Of a stretch of DNA of 64,000 nt, positions 1 through 12,686 are shown one piece after another (the first letter of the stretch is position 1; every line of letters begins with the position of its first letter). The notes under the pieces were generated by a model that was not told the origin of the DNA, ran no database searches, and saw only the letters and a program-made list of their open reading frames with translations. A program made the position numbers and the translations under genes. Source of the stretch: Chiloscyllium plagiosum (lineage: Eukaryota); contig NC_057728.1 of assembly GCF_004010195.1 (NCBI RefSeq), forward strand, positions 51,461,400 to 51,525,399, read 5' to 3'.

Positions 1-1121
1 GCACAGCTGGAACTATCAGAAAGACAGTACACATATTAACAGGAATTTCAACAAATTCCAAGAAGGTCATTTAATCAAAGCAAGTTTTGTTACATTGGTT
101 TCTATAATCTTGGAAAATTAATCATTGACACCAAGACAAGTCAGAAAGTATGATGTGAGGAAGACGTAAGGAGGTTGTAGATGTACATATGTTGAGTGAG
201 TGGGCAAAAAGCTGGCTGATGGAAAATAATGTGAGCACATATAAAGTTGCTCACTTTGTACAGAGTACAAAGCACTAATATTTAAACAGAGAATGACCTC
301 AGAATTATAAAGGGTAAGGGAGATTTGGGTGTCCTGGTAGGAGTCAGAGGCTTGTGAGTAACTTAAAAAAAAAAAGGATTAACTATATTCCTTTTATTTG
401 TAGTGCACGGGTCCCTTCTTATGAAAGCATATCACTTTTATTAAACATAACTGAGCCACAGGCTCAACTGGAAGGAGTTGTTAATGTAGCTAATGATACA
501 CTCTGGATTGTTCAGCAAGTGTTGTCCAATGGCAGAATCAGACCTTGCAATGAATATCCATATCTACTCCTTGTGAGAAGGCTGACAGGAAAAGTAACCA
601 CGAGCTTGATGGATTTGTTTATGAAAAATTATTAACAACTAGCACATAACAGGAGGCCATTTGATAACTCAAAACTGTTTCACTCCTCAATTAGACCATG
701 ACTGATTTGCACATGGTAAACATTTTGTTTTGTTTTATATTTTCTGAGTTGGGGAGCTGTATGCAGAATTTCAGGTTTTCCTGACCTTTTAGGTGAATAC
801 ATTGCTTTTTTTCCCCTAGTTGCCCAAATGGAATCTGCCAATCATTTTAAATACACCAATCTGTCTCTGGCTGAAATCTCATATATTCAGTATGTGCAAA
901 ACCTGAATACAATACGAACCGCAACATCGCAAAGACAGACTTTGGTAGACAAGAGAGTCAGGGGCAGCCAGGAAAATGTTATTGAGGCCACAATCAGAAC
1001 AGCTGTGATGTTACTGAATGCTACAGCAGGCTCCAGGGGCTGAGCGTCCTACATACCTGCTCCTATGTTCCAGCTTCAAGGGCACATCTTGGGTTGACAC
1101 ACCCTGGTACTTACTGGCCGG

Positions 1122-2273
1122 TTAGTCCTCAATGCTCAAGGGAGCAACTGGGTTAAACAAGGGTCTCTCTTTCCTCCAGTTCATCTTTCCACAACGGACT
1201 TCAAAATCCTTCTTGGTTCCTGTGAGCAGTTCCAGGCTGTCTCTTTTCACATCATACCCTAAAGAGATCAGCCTCTTTATGCGACGGTGCACAATCTGTG
1301 GAGACAGCTCGAGAACTGTAGGGCTCGCTCTGACCTGTTCCACTGAAAACCCTTCCCGTAAAATGGCAGTGAGGCGCTCCTCCAATATGGGAGCCGAGAA
1401 GTACAGCAAGGCCGGGCAGCTCATGAAAATGATCTTCAATCCCTCATCAGTGCACTGCAATGACTGTCGACAGAATGCACTGCTTTTCTCCATAGTACTG
1501 AGGGATAGCTCGGCTATCAACCCTTTGAGCTTGGAGATGAGCTTTAGGAGCTCAGCATTGCTGAAGCCTAAGGATTGCAGAAAGGTCAGGTTTTCACACA
1601 CCAAGTTTGGAGGTTTCAAAAAAATGAAAGGATTTTGGCTCAGCAGTTTCATTAACCAGATCCTCATGTCAGCCTGTTTACCACCCAGCTGAAGGTAGGT
1701 CTGCTGTAAATTCTCAATCACAGCCCTGTTCTGATCCACACCACTACAGAAAGTCTGGGGAGAACTGACCAGCAAGCGACCGATGATCCTGTTATTTATG
1801 TTTAATGCTTGGAAATATTTGATATTGTCCTGTCGATTCTTGTGGTTTTTTATTGTAAAGAATGATTCTGGGAAGCGCTCAATAATTCTTGCCAGTTCCT
1901 TCTCATTGGTGCACAATCTGCCCCATAACTCCTGCTGGGCTCTGATTTCTGCTGGCTTGCAGAGGATGGCCTCAGGATATCGTTCCAAAATGAGGGCTAC
2001 CTTCTTCCCCTCAACTCCTATTTCCTTTAAAATGCTGGCAGTTTCATAGACATAAACCTCGTTCACAAGCAAAACCCAGTTTTTCAGCTGACGAATCCTC
2101 GCTACGTCCACTGACAGCTGCTTCAGACTCTCCACAGTCTGTCTGTTTTCCTTTCGCTGTGCACTGGAGGCTGTGAACTGAAGGCAGCCTCTGTACAGTC
2201 CTTGGCTGCATAGGGCTGAAGGAAACCAATGTTCCCCATACCGTCCACTGTATAACAATCCTAATCGAAACAT
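1122..2273 (-). CDS. MTERF2: Mitochondrial transcription termination factor 2 (383 aa, single coding exon)
   Basis: Intact ORF with motifs recognised from vertebrate MTERF2: KENRQTVESL, LKNWVLL, IIERFPESFFT, WLMKLLSQNPFI, CPALLYFS..LEER, VLELSPQIV and C-terminal RPLFNPVAPL. The N-terminus is Arg-rich and presequence-like. Candidate minus-strand acceptor (ctttccttcag) puts the exon start at 2317. Confidence 0.95.
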   Translation of the reverse strand: MFRLGLLYSGRYGEHWFPSALCSQGLYRGCLQFTASSAQRKENRQTVESLKQLSVDVARIRQLKNWVLLVNEVYVYETASILKEIGVEGKKVALILERYPEAILCKPAEIRAQQELWGRLCTNEKELARIIERFPESFFTIKNHKNRQDNIKYFQALNINNRIIGRLLVSSPQTFCSGVDQNRAVIENLQQTYLQLGGKQADMRIWLMKLLSQNPFIFLKPPNLVCENLTFLQSLGFSNAELLKLISKLKGLIAELSLSTMEKSSAFCRQSLQCTDEGLKIIFMSCPALLYFSAPILEERLTAILREGFSVEQVRASPTVLELSPQIVHRRIKRLISLGYDVKRDSLELLTGTKKDFEVRCGKMNWRKERPLFNPVAPLSIED

Positions 2274-3049
2274 CTTCTAGAGAGAGCTGGATCTGAACAT
2301 TTTCATATCACCTTGGACTGAAGGAAAGCTAACAGTGAAAGCTATGACCGCACAAGTTATGACAGCACATTTGAAGTGTTTAAAATAATGATTAGTTTTG
2401 ATAGAGTAAATACAGAGAACGTTGACAATGACAGAAGGGCTGGCAACCAGAGGGCACCAATATAAGGTGATTCGAGAACGGTTATAGCACTTAAAGAAAC
2501 TATTCGGCCCATCCAGCCTCTGCCAGCTCTCAGCAAGAGCACCTCAGTTAGTCCCTCTCCTCTCTCTGTCAACACTACACCTTCTTTTCCTTCAGGTACT
2601 TATATAATTCCATTTTGAAAGCCAGAGTTGGACCTGTCCCCACCATGTTCTCAGGTTGTGTATTCCAGATCGTAGAATGGATCTTGCTGTCTGCAAATTG
2701 TTTCCTTGTGTTTTTACTGCTTCTTAAGCAATGTTTTCAATCTGTAACCCTCTTGTTCACAATCCTTCCAACCTGTGGGAACAGGTTCCCTCTATTTATT
2801 CTGTCCAAATTGCTCATGGCTTTGAATATCTGTCAAAACTCCCTTTAACCTCTCTTCTGCAAGGAAAACAGTCCTAATTTCTTCTGTCTAGCTTCATAAC
2901 TCAGGTTTCTCACACCTGGAACCTGTCTTATGAATCCTTTCAGCATTCTTTCTGAAGCCTTCACCTTAGAGCTTCTGAAAGTAGGGGTCAAGATCCAAAG
3001 TGGGGCTGTGAGGTCCAAGGCAGTGATGGCTGTTGAGGAACTCTAACTT

Positions 3050-4325
3050 ATAATATAGGATCAAGAGTAGGCCATTCAACCCATTGAGCTTGCTCTACCC
3101 CATTTAATACGATCTTGACTGATCAACATATCAATGCACTGTCGTCATAACCTTTTATGCCTCTGATATTCAAACATTTTTTAACTTCTAATTTATGAAT
3201 ATATTCTAAATTCTGTACTCCAGTGTTTTGGAAGCTCAAAGATTCATAACTCTCAGGGTTGAAAAAAAAACATCATTAATGACATCCCCCTTATTGTTAA
3301 ATTGTGCCCCTGGTTCTAGACACATCAAACAGTGGAAATATCTTATCTGCATTTACCCTATCGCTTTAAGTACTTCATAGTTTTCAATGAGATCACCTTT
3401 CATTCTTTGAAATTCTAGAGAATACAGTCCCAGTTTGCCCTCTCTCTCTCTCTTCATTGGACAGTCCCACCATCCCTGGACACAAGTCTAGTAATCCTTA
3501 GTTGCACTCACTCTCTAAGAGTAATATCTTCCTGGAAACAAAAAAGGAAATCAAAACGTACAATACTCAAGGTATGGTCTAACCAAGCTCCCATACAATT
3601 GAAGCAAGTCTTCACTAACGCTGTAGTCAAAACCTCCTGTGATAAAAATTAATGTTCCATTAGCCTTCTCAATAACTTACTGCATCTGCGTGTTAGCCTT
3701 TACTGATTTATTTGGCAAGGACACCCAAATACCCCATCCTACACTTTCCAACTTTTCACCAATTAAAAAACTCTGTATCTGTTCTTCCTACCAAAGTGGA
3801 TAACTTCGACATTTTTCCACATTATATTGTCACATTCTTGCCTAATTGTTGTATCTATGCAAATCCTCCCAAAATCGCTTTACATCTTCCTCACAGTACA
3901 CATTTCTGATAAGCTTTGTATTTTATGCAAGATTTGAAATATTCCTTTTGGTCTGCAAGTCTCCATCACAGATGTGTTCCAAGTACAGATCCTTGCAGTA
4001 CTGTCCGAGTCATAGCCTACCAATGCTATTTAGATTCCTGGAATCATACAGCACAGAAGCAAACTCTTCAGTCCAACTCATCCGCGCGGACTAGACATCC
4101 CAATCTCATCCAGCCCCATTTACCAGTCCTTGGCCCAAAACCCTCTAAACCATACCTACTCATATACCTATCCTGATGCCTTTAAATGTTGTAATTGTAC
4201 CCACATAAGCCACTTCCTCTGACAGCTTGTTCCATACATGCACACCCTCTGCATGAAAAAGTTGCCCCTCAGGTACTTTTTAAAATCTATACCCTTAGGT
4301 TTTTTAAATCTGTGCCCTCTAGTTT
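3050..4325 (-). mobile_element. Degraded CR1 LINE 3' fragments
   Basis: Similar to the better-preserved CR1 copies in this window (gtaggccattc.., tggtctaaccaag, aaatgttgtaattgtacc). Confidence 0.7.
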
Positions 4326-4805
4326 TATTCCTATTCTAACAGTTTTATTCCTACACAGATGCTCCACCATGCCCCGTTCTCAGAGGTCGGAAAAGGTTTA
4401 AGAAGCACCAGCTCACATTCTCCCTGAAGTGTGGATCCTAACACAACTACTCCAGCTGAGGCCTAAGTGCTGTCTCACACATCTTTCCAATGCTCTGATT
4501 TGAGAGGTGCTGCAGATTCCATATCAGTTTCCTCAAGGGATGACCATGTGGAGATTGCGGCCCCTTGCCCACTCTGGGATTTCTTTTGGGCAGGTCAAAA
4601 GTGGGCCTTCAACCGCTCCCGGATCCCCTGGGCTCTGCCTCCAGGTCGCAGGCTGTCAATGTACTCGCCCCGTCCCATCGCCGCAGCAGGCTTCCAGGCC
4701 CTACCTTCTCCCGCAACCGGCCAATGGGAGGGCCCCATCCTCTCTCCGCCCCCAACTCTGGGGTGGGGGGAACAGGCCAATCCCGAAACCCGCCCCCAGG
4801 GAAAC

Positions 4806-5125
4806 CCCGCTCCCTCTGGTGACGGAAATAACAGCCACACCCTCTCACTGTAGCCCCGCCCCACAGCGTAACACCGCTCCCTCTGGTGACGGAATAACAG
4901 CCACACCTCCTCACTGTAGCCCCGCCCCACAGTGTAACACCGCTCCCTCTGGTGACGGAATAACAGCCACACCCCCTCACTGTAGCCCCGCCCCACGGTG
5001 TAAACCCGCTCCCTCTGGTGACGGAATAATAGCCACACCTCCTCACTGTAGCCCCGCCCCACAGTGTAACACCGCTCCCTCTGGTGACGGATAACAGCCA
5101 CACCCCCTCACTGTAGCCCCGCCCC
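4806..5125. repeat. 66-bp GC-rich minisatellite, about 5 copies
   Basis: Unit ccgctccctctggtgacggaataacagccacacc(t/c)cctcactgtagccccgccccacagtgtaaca repeated in tandem; it produces the 22-aa periodicity in the ORF track. Confidence 0.95.
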
Positions 5126-5232
5126 CATGGCCGAGGAGGGGCACAGCTCTCATTCCTGTCGCTCAGGCCCAGCCCCGCACAAACCCATCCACACACTCGG
5201 ACACACTTTTCCCCGTAGCCCTCCCTCAGTAC

Positions 5233-5340
5233 CTGAAAGCGCCGCACCCTTCACGGAGTCCGCCTTGAACCCGGTTCCAGTATTTATCTACGCCCCGCTC
5301 CTTCAACTCTAGCACGCCCCGGCCCGGAGCCTCGCGTTTG
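5233..5340 (-). other. MTERF2: Putative non-coding first exon of MTERF2
   Basis: Minus-strand donor CAG|GTACTG (plus agtacctg, GT at 5232-5231) inside a CpG-rich block. It would splice to the acceptor at 2318-2319. The 5' boundary is a guess. Confidence 0.55.
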
Positions 5341-5429
5341 GCCTGCAGCCCCACCCCTGGCCTGTAGCCACGCCCCCTAGACTGGAGCTCCGCCCCCACG
5401 CCACCTGAAAGAACTGTTGATGCTGTCAG

Positions 5430-5568
5430 CCAGAAACAAAAACAGAATTTGCTGGAAAAGCTCAGCAGATCCGGCAGCAATTCTAAGAACCCGAAACGTT
5501 TACTCTGATTTCTCTCCACAGATGCTGCCAGATTTGCTGAGCTTTTCTAACAATTTCTGCTTTTGTTG
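5430..5568. mobile_element. Older palindromic short element related to the hammerhead-motif family
   Basis: Inverted arms aacaaaaacagaatttgctggaaaagctcagcag / tgctgagcttttctaacaatttctgcttttgtt around ccgaaacgtt. Confidence 0.6.
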
Positions 5569-5751
5569 TTGCACACGATATATCCCTGCTCTACCCCCTT
5601 CAGCCCAAGTCTCTTTCCGCCCCGCTCAGATTTATAGTGCCCTATCCCCAAAATGCAATCCATCTCCACTTATAGCCCCAACCACAGTGTGGCCCCGCCT
5701 TCATGTATCCCGCCCGCTGTCAGTGGACATGCTCCTGTGGAATGTCGCAAC

Positions 5752-5855
5752 TTGAACTGAAGCCCCGCCCCTTAGAATGTAATAACCATGAACTGAAGCC
5801 CCGCCCCCTGGAATGTAACAATCTTGAACTGAAGCCCCGCCCCCTGTAATGTAAC
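5752..5855. repeat. About 37-bp tandem repeat x3, each with a GC box
   Basis: tgaactgaagccccgccccc..aatgta occurs three times in tandem. Confidence 0.9.
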
Positions 5856-6574
5856 TCCTTACAGTCTTGGTGAGCCCTCTGGGGTGTGGAATTTCTGTTT
5901 GAAATCGGTCGTTTTATCCGAAATTGCTGTAAATTGTGAACGGCTGGTGTCCTGCGCCCTCAATTGCCTTTCTTCACCCCCCCCTCCACTCCCACAGAAC
6001 AGTAGTGTTTGCTCCCCACAACACCCGTGTTGTGTTTGTGTGTGTATGTGCAGCGATTCAATGAAAAGGCATCATGTGCAAAAGATTTTATTCAACGTTT
6101 CCCACCACCAGGCAAACCTCCATATGACCAGGGAATCAGTTACAACAAAGCCCAATATAGATAATGCTTATGTGAAAAAAAAGTGAAGGGGCTGGGTAAG
6201 GATGAAATCAAAATAGAGTTGAGGGGTAATAAAGCACTTCATCCCTGTGGTGCCCGTGTCTCCGTAAAGGCGTGGCGAGTATTGGTGGACACTGATGCTC
6301 CATCTCCAATGAGACCTGGGCTTGAGCATAACTGCTCCATCTTGTAAAGACAAACCTAAGTAGCCTAACCAGATCAGGGAGTAGATTCATCTTTTGGTCT
6401 CTGTTGTGGCTCAGCCTTGATGGGTTAAGATTCCCTCTGAGTTCCTGGCACCTTCCCATACTGTAACCAATATCCCAGGTCTCATAGATTCCTTTGCTCT
6501 CAGGTAGGGTAGAAAGAGGTAGCTGGTGGGCATTAACAAATGCTGGTATGGGAACAAATAGTGGTTTACACAGA

Positions 6575-7640
6575 AGCATGGAAAATAGGAGCAAGAGTAG
6601 GCCATTTGGCCCTTTGAGCCTGATACACAATTTATCATGATCAGTGCTGATCACCAAATTCAATAGACTGCTTCTGATTTCTCCGTCTCATTTGATGCGT
6701 TTAGCACTAAGTGCTATAGCTAACTCCTTGAAAGCATACAATGTTGTGGCCTGGACCGCTTGGTAGTGAATTCCACAGGTTCAGCACTTTCTAGGAGAAG
6801 AGATTACTCCTCATCTGAGTCCTAAATGGTTTACCCCATCACAGTGGACTCTGGCCCCTGGTTCTGGAGTCTCCTGTCATTGGGAACATCCTTCCTGTGT
6901 CTACCCTGTATATTTCTGTGAGAATTTTATAGAATTTTATGAGATCCCTCAAAGTCTAGCGAATATAATCCTAACTGATTCAATCTCTCCTCATACTTCA
7001 ATCCTGTTAGCCCAGGTTTAAAAATTTCCTTGAGAGAATCTCTGATTGATGGCATTAAAAGCAGAACTTGCATTGGTGTGGCAGCTTTAACAACCACAGG
7101 ACTGCTGTGTTATGTCTAAGTGTACCTATAAGAAACATGCTCGTGACACAATTGCATGATAACAGTCTCATATTCCCCTTGTCTCGATTCATTTGAAGCA
7201 TGGCACTCTGATGGAAGTAACCAAGGCTAGGTCAGACAATCTTGTGTCTGAGGCATGTAATGTTTGCACACATTAGTTAGCTGTAATAAATATCTGTTGC
7301 ATTCTTCAGTACCATGAACATAGAAGTATAGAAATGGGAGCAGTAGGTCGTTCAACCCTTCAAAGTTTGGTCCACCACCATTCAATTTGATTGTAGCTGG
7401 TCATCCAACTCAGTACCATGTTCCTGCTTTCTCCCCATACCCTTTGAACCCTAGATCCTTAAGAAGCATATCTAACTCCCTCTCAAAAATAGTCAATGTT
7501 TTAGGCCTCAATGTTTTTTGTGGCTGGAAATTCCACAGGCCCGCCACTATCTGGGTGAAAAAGACCTCTCCTTATCTCAGACCTAAATGGCCTATGCTTG
7601 GTTCTGCACTCCCCAGTCATCAGAAACATACTTCCTACAG
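6575..7640 (-). mobile_element. Two CR1 LINE 3'-end fragments
   Basis: ggagcaagagtaggccatt..gaattccacaggtt motifs shared with the other CR1 3' ends. Confidence 0.65.
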
Positions 7641-8954
7641 TTACCATGTATCACATAAAATCAACATGCAGTTTCTTATTGTAAAAGATGTATGATAAGT
7701 ATTGCTGCATCAGGCATTACAGCCTGTAGAGGCAAACTCACACCAGGATACCAGTGGTGACCATCCTGGTGGTAGATATTTAAAAACCTAATCAAAGGCC
7801 AACTAGACAACAGTTTTGGACAATAGTGAATTCAGGCAAATAGAGATTCTCTCATGATTAAGCAGCATCAATTTCAGTTGATGACAGATGACTGTACAAA
7901 GCTGTGAGACAGGGTGTTAACAACTAAGAAAACAGCCAAGCTATTTTCAATGAAAGCATAATATTTCAAAGCTAAAAAAAGTTCTAAGATTGCCTTAATA
8001 AAACTAAATAAATTTAAAAAGTTGTGCAATTTTGTGCTGCAGCGCAAAGCAAGTGTAGTGCTATATAGAAGATGAAAGGCAAGTACACTCTGTTCCTGAC
8101 AGTGATTACATCAGTAACAGGTCTCAGAACAGTGACTACAGAGTCTTTGTTCTTAAAGATGAGCAGTTATTAACTTATGCCGACAAGAAATTCAGGGCAT
8201 ATGGCTCATCATCAATGTCTTCAAGGTGCAGGCTTGGAAAGCAGAAACATCATCATGAATTGGGCATCCTGGGACAGCTTTATTGAACTACAGCTATTCA
8301 AACAATGTATGCAGTTCTAATTTACAGATCAAGTGAAAGATGATATCAATTAGAATATAGGAGCAGGAGTTTGACCCCTCTTGCCCCCTACTCCACCATT
8401 TATTACGATCATTGACCTCAATACCCAAGTCCCACTCACTCTCCATATCCATTGAAACCTTTAGCCCCAAGACCAATATCTGCCTCTTTCTTGAAAATAC
8501 ATAACATTTTGGCCTCAACCACTTTCTACAGTAGTGAATTCCACAGGAGCACCACTCTGTGACTGAAAAAAAATGAAAAAAAACATCTCCTCATCTGAGT
8601 TTTGCGAAAAGAGCTCTAAAAGTCTTGCTTGCCATTGACAAAGTGGAACTTTACATTTAAACACCTCTGTATCTTTCTTTGGATAATCAGAAAAGACCTG
8701 GAAAACTGTTAAAGACCAGCTCAAATTAAGAATTAACTTCAGGATTAACTGACTCCAACTCACCTCAAACAGCAAACCCCAAGAGTCTATTGACAAAAAT
8801 GGGAAAGAGTGAATGTGTCAATTAATGGATGTAGTTCCAATCAGGTAAGTCGCTTTGTCTTGAATGATGATGAGGATTAGGATGTGCTAAGGTTTTAGTT
8901 ATGAAAGGTGCTATATAAAGGTGCTTTTTTTCCTGTTGCACCAAATCTGCCAGA

Positions 8955-9185
8955 GGAGAAAGTGAGGACTGCAGATGCTGGAGATTAGAGCTGAACATGT
9001 GTTGCTGGAAAAGCGCAGCAGGTCAGGCAGCATCCAAGGAGCAGGAGAATCGACGTTTCGGGCATAAGCCCTTCTTCAGGACACTTTCCTCATTCCTGAA
9101 GAAGGGCTTATGCCCGAAACGTCGATTCTCCTGTTCCTTGGATGCTGCCTGACCTGCTGCGCTTTTCCAGCAACACATTTTCGGC
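8955..9185. mobile_element. Palindromic short retroelement with a hammerhead motif on each strand
   Basis: About 85-bp inverted arms; CTGAAGA-A-GGGC-TTAT-GCCC-GAAAC-GTC at 9096-9123 and its inverse; flanking direct repeat ccaaatctgccagagga at 8941-8957 and 9186-9202. Confidence 0.85.
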
Positions 9186-10399
9186 CCAAATCTGCCAGAG
9201 GAAAATTTAGTATTGGCTAAAAGTTTGGAGTAAAACTGAGAAATATTTCCACACACAAGAGCTTCATAAAAATTGAAATTATCTTCTATGAATGGCAATA
9301 AGCTTAGAACATTTTTTAAATTTAAAATCTCAGATTTTTGTTTATCAATTGAGTTAAGAGAAATGGGCAAAGTCTCCTGGAGAGTTATGAAGCATTAACG
9401 CCATTATAGGAAAACTATTCAATACGTGGCTCCCCTATACCGACTCCACAATTTTCTCTCTGAATGGTTCAGTTCTGGTTGCCCATAATCCTCAATGACC
9501 CTGCAATGTAATTTAAGCCCATGTCTAAAACCAGATTCAAATGTTGGAAGAGTTTGGCTGATGTGTTTGCAGCCAGCAATAAATCTAACTATAACCCATG
9601 TTGTGTCCGTCTCTTTCCGTCTGTATGATTTATTTTCCATTAGTACCTCTTGTCGCATTAATAATTGCTGAAAGATTTGTAGAGTGATCACCCCTGTCAG
9701 TAATGGATATGAAGGAGACTGACTGACTCAGTGCAGATAGGTAGTTCGGACACTGGGCTGATTTGCTCACTAGATGGTGCTCTGGGCACCTCTTGAATTT
9801 AAAGGAAGGAAAATCATATTTATCTGGAGCTTTACAACGTTGTCATTTCACCATAATACATTTTCCAAAAACAAATGTTTCGCTATGTCCAAAGAAAAAT
9901 ATTGAACTTTGAATGAAATTTTAAAAAAGGTCAGAGAATTGCCTGTGACTGATGGACAGAGACAGGGGTTTTGAAACTAAAAGAAATTGCAGTGTTTTGT
10001 TTTACAAAATTCATGTTTTGAAATGTTCCTATAGATAACATGGCAGCAAAAACTGAAAAGGGAGGAATATTAAACAGACATTAATCTTAGTGTGTTGGTG
10101 AAAGTTGAGTGATTTTTCAATATATAAAACTTTAGATAGTTCTATGCTAGATATTTTATAATTTATTAGAATAACTGCAAGCTTTTATTCCAATCCTTGC
10201 ACAAAGGATTACAGCCCTCCAGGATCACAGCTTCAAAGAATCCTAACTTCTCACTGTTCACTAATCAATGAATTTGGTGCTACAATTTGAAAATAATGAC
10301 TTTTCACAATTGATTCAGGTTTTCTTGAATTCCTATATATTGTCTGCATATTTAAACAAAGTGAGAAATGTTAAAGAAAGGAATGCAATAAGTAATGTG

Positions 10400-11110
10400 C
10401 TAGGTAATGACCATCTCAAGCAAGAGAGAGTCTAATAATCTCCCTTTGACATTTGCTGGTGTTACCAGCACTGCAACACGCTGGGGTATGTCATCCATCA
10501 GAAATTGAACTGGATCAGCCAATTAAATATCAGGAATTAAATATGGAACAGCAGGTCAGAGGCTGTGAATTTTGTGGTGAGTAACTCACCTCCTGAATCC
10601 TCAAAACCTGTCCACCATTTATAAGTTACAAGGCAGGAATGTGGTGGAATACTTGCCTGGATGAATGCAGCTCCAACAGCACTCAAGAAGCTTGACACAT
10701 CCAGGACAAAGCAACTGCTTGATTAGCACCTTCAATAGTGTACTCCCTCCAACATCACTCAATAGCAGCAGTGTATATGACTCACAAAATGCACTGCAGA
10801 AATTCACCAAAGATCCTTTAAATCATCCTTCAAATCCACAACCAGTACTACCTAGGAAAACAAGGGCACCTGGTATTTGGGAACACCACCACCTGCAAGT
10901 TCATTTCTGAATTACTTACCATCCTGTTTTGGAAATACATCACCATTCCTTGTGTGTTACTGGGTTAAATTCCTGCAACTTCCTCCCTAACAGCACTGTA
11001 AGTGTCCATACTCCATTTGCTGCAGTGGTTCAAGAAGGCAACTCACAACCACCCTCTCCAGGGTAATTAGAAATGAGAAATAGCCAGCAATGCTCTCACC
11101 CTGTGAACAA
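10400..11110 (+). mobile_element. LINE 3' fragment (second CR1/L2-group family)
   Basis: Degenerate ORF2 C-terminal-like sequence (aaggcaggaatgtggtggaatac..atgaatgcagctccaaca); the same family appears inverted at 15970-17060, 38180-38975 and 60950-62560. Confidence 0.65.
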
Positions 11111-12364
11111 AAATCATTTAGGTTTTAATATAATTACAGACAGAATTCCATAAATATAATTACACATAATTATCATCCTCTGATACTTTATTTTTGACAA
11201 TTCTTGATTGACATTGCAACAGGAGATGACGTATTTTGTAACATTAGGGTTTGCAGTATTGGCAATTAAATGGTAGAAAATGCAGCAGGGAGCAACATTG
11301 TCAGCTCACAGTTTATGGTTTGCAACAAAACTCTCCTGCTGGGGGTGCAGGCTGCATTATGCGAATACTCAAATGACTCATTCTACACTCCTCGATTATC
11401 CTTCTGAATATTTGATTAATTGATTTCAGACTGAGTTTTGCTCAGCCTCAGTGTTTCTTCACTTCTGCTGAGAGACTCGCAGTCTCGCACTTGTGGCCTG
11501 ATTAGAGGACAAGTTACAAAATTTATAAATAATCGGGATCTCAACCTAGCATATGGCTCCAGTGTTTGCGTCAAATTCATGCTCTGCCACAATTTTCTAT
11601 ACACTGAACACTAATGTGACCATGTATACATTTATTATGGTATAATTTTCACAGGAAAAGATTTGGAAGCTAGTAAACAAATAAAGGAACTTTATACAGC
11701 ATGAGAGTTAATTTTTATGATGATTCTATACAATGAGACTTCATATAGAAACAAATTTTGAATAAGATTAGAAATTATAAGAAAGTTCTCCTTGCTAAAG
11801 GATTGTGGAGGAATTGACCAGGATAGTTACGTTGAGCATGAATTGAACATCGATTGGGCTGCCTATGGAGTACTGTGAACAACTATGGTCTCCACTGGAT
11901 ATCAAGAGAATGTGCAAAAATGATTTACTATAATGATATTGAGAGGATTTGATTAATAAAATAACTGCTTTGGGCACTTTATTCTAAAGACCTTTAAGTC
12001 ATGAAATAGTTTGGTAGGTTAGCAGATGATTACAATTGTAGATTAGACCAGGGCCCTCCTGTGTCACAGTGCTAGTTTCCCTACCCTGAAACAAGTTCAA
12101 ATCACACCTGGTCCAGCAGTGTATAATAACATCTCTGACTAGATTGATTAGGAAAAATTGATTGAATATTTTTAAAAAGCCCTGAATGTACAATTGTCAC
12201 AAATTAACCCAATAGGGAAATCAGGAAACCAAAAACATCCATACTCAAAGGTGTAGTGAGAATGTAGATTTCACTACCACGAGGAGTAGTTGAGTTGAAT
12301 ATCATGGAGGTATTTAAGGTGAAGTTACATAAATACACAAGGGAGAAATTAATGGAAGGATATG

Positions 12365-12686
12365 TTTAGACTATTTACAGTGTGGAAACAGGCCCTTTGG
12401 CCCAACAAGTCCACACTGACCCTCCAAAGAGCAACGCACCCAGACCCATTCCCCTACAGTTACCCCTTCACCTAACACTACAGGCAATTTAGCATGGCCA
12501 GTTCACCTAACCTGCACATTTTTGGACTGGAAATTTGGGAGGAAACTGGAGCACCTGGAGGAAACCTACGCAGACATGGGGAGAATGTGCAAACTCCACA
12601 CAGACAGTTGCCTGAGGTAGGAATTGAACCCAGGTCTCTGGCGCTGTGAGGCAGCAGTGTTAACTACTGTGCCACTGTGCCACCCA
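12365..12686 (-). mobile_element. tRNA-derived SINE (HE1/V-SINE-like)
   Basis: On the minus strand: A-box-like gtggcacagtgg, B-box-like ggttcaattcc, central gtgggtttcctcc domain and CR1-like tail ggcctgtttccacactgt. Confidence 0.85.

Larger units (their letters stand above)
5200..5860. promoter_or_regulatory. CpG-rich, GC-box promoter region of MTERF2
   Basis: Local CpG enrichment and many CCCCGCCCC/CCACGCCCC (Sp/KLF-type) motifs directly upstream of the putative first exon. Confidence 0.65.

Noticed and set aside
1132..1692. 186-aa antisense ORF over MTERF2
   Set aside because: Shadow ORF of the coding strand with no recognisable domain.
4467..5247. ORFs of 128-212 aa with 22-aa repeats
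   Set aside because: Translations of the 66-bp minisatellite.
8955..9185. miRNA precursor or classical MITE reading of the hairpins
   Set aside because: Multi-copy, asymmetric arms and variable long TSDs fit a retro-insertion better; there is no expression evidence for a miRNA.
12365..12686. tRNA genes at SINE heads
   Set aside because: A/B boxes are present but run into SINE body and tail; no complete cloverleaf is evident.
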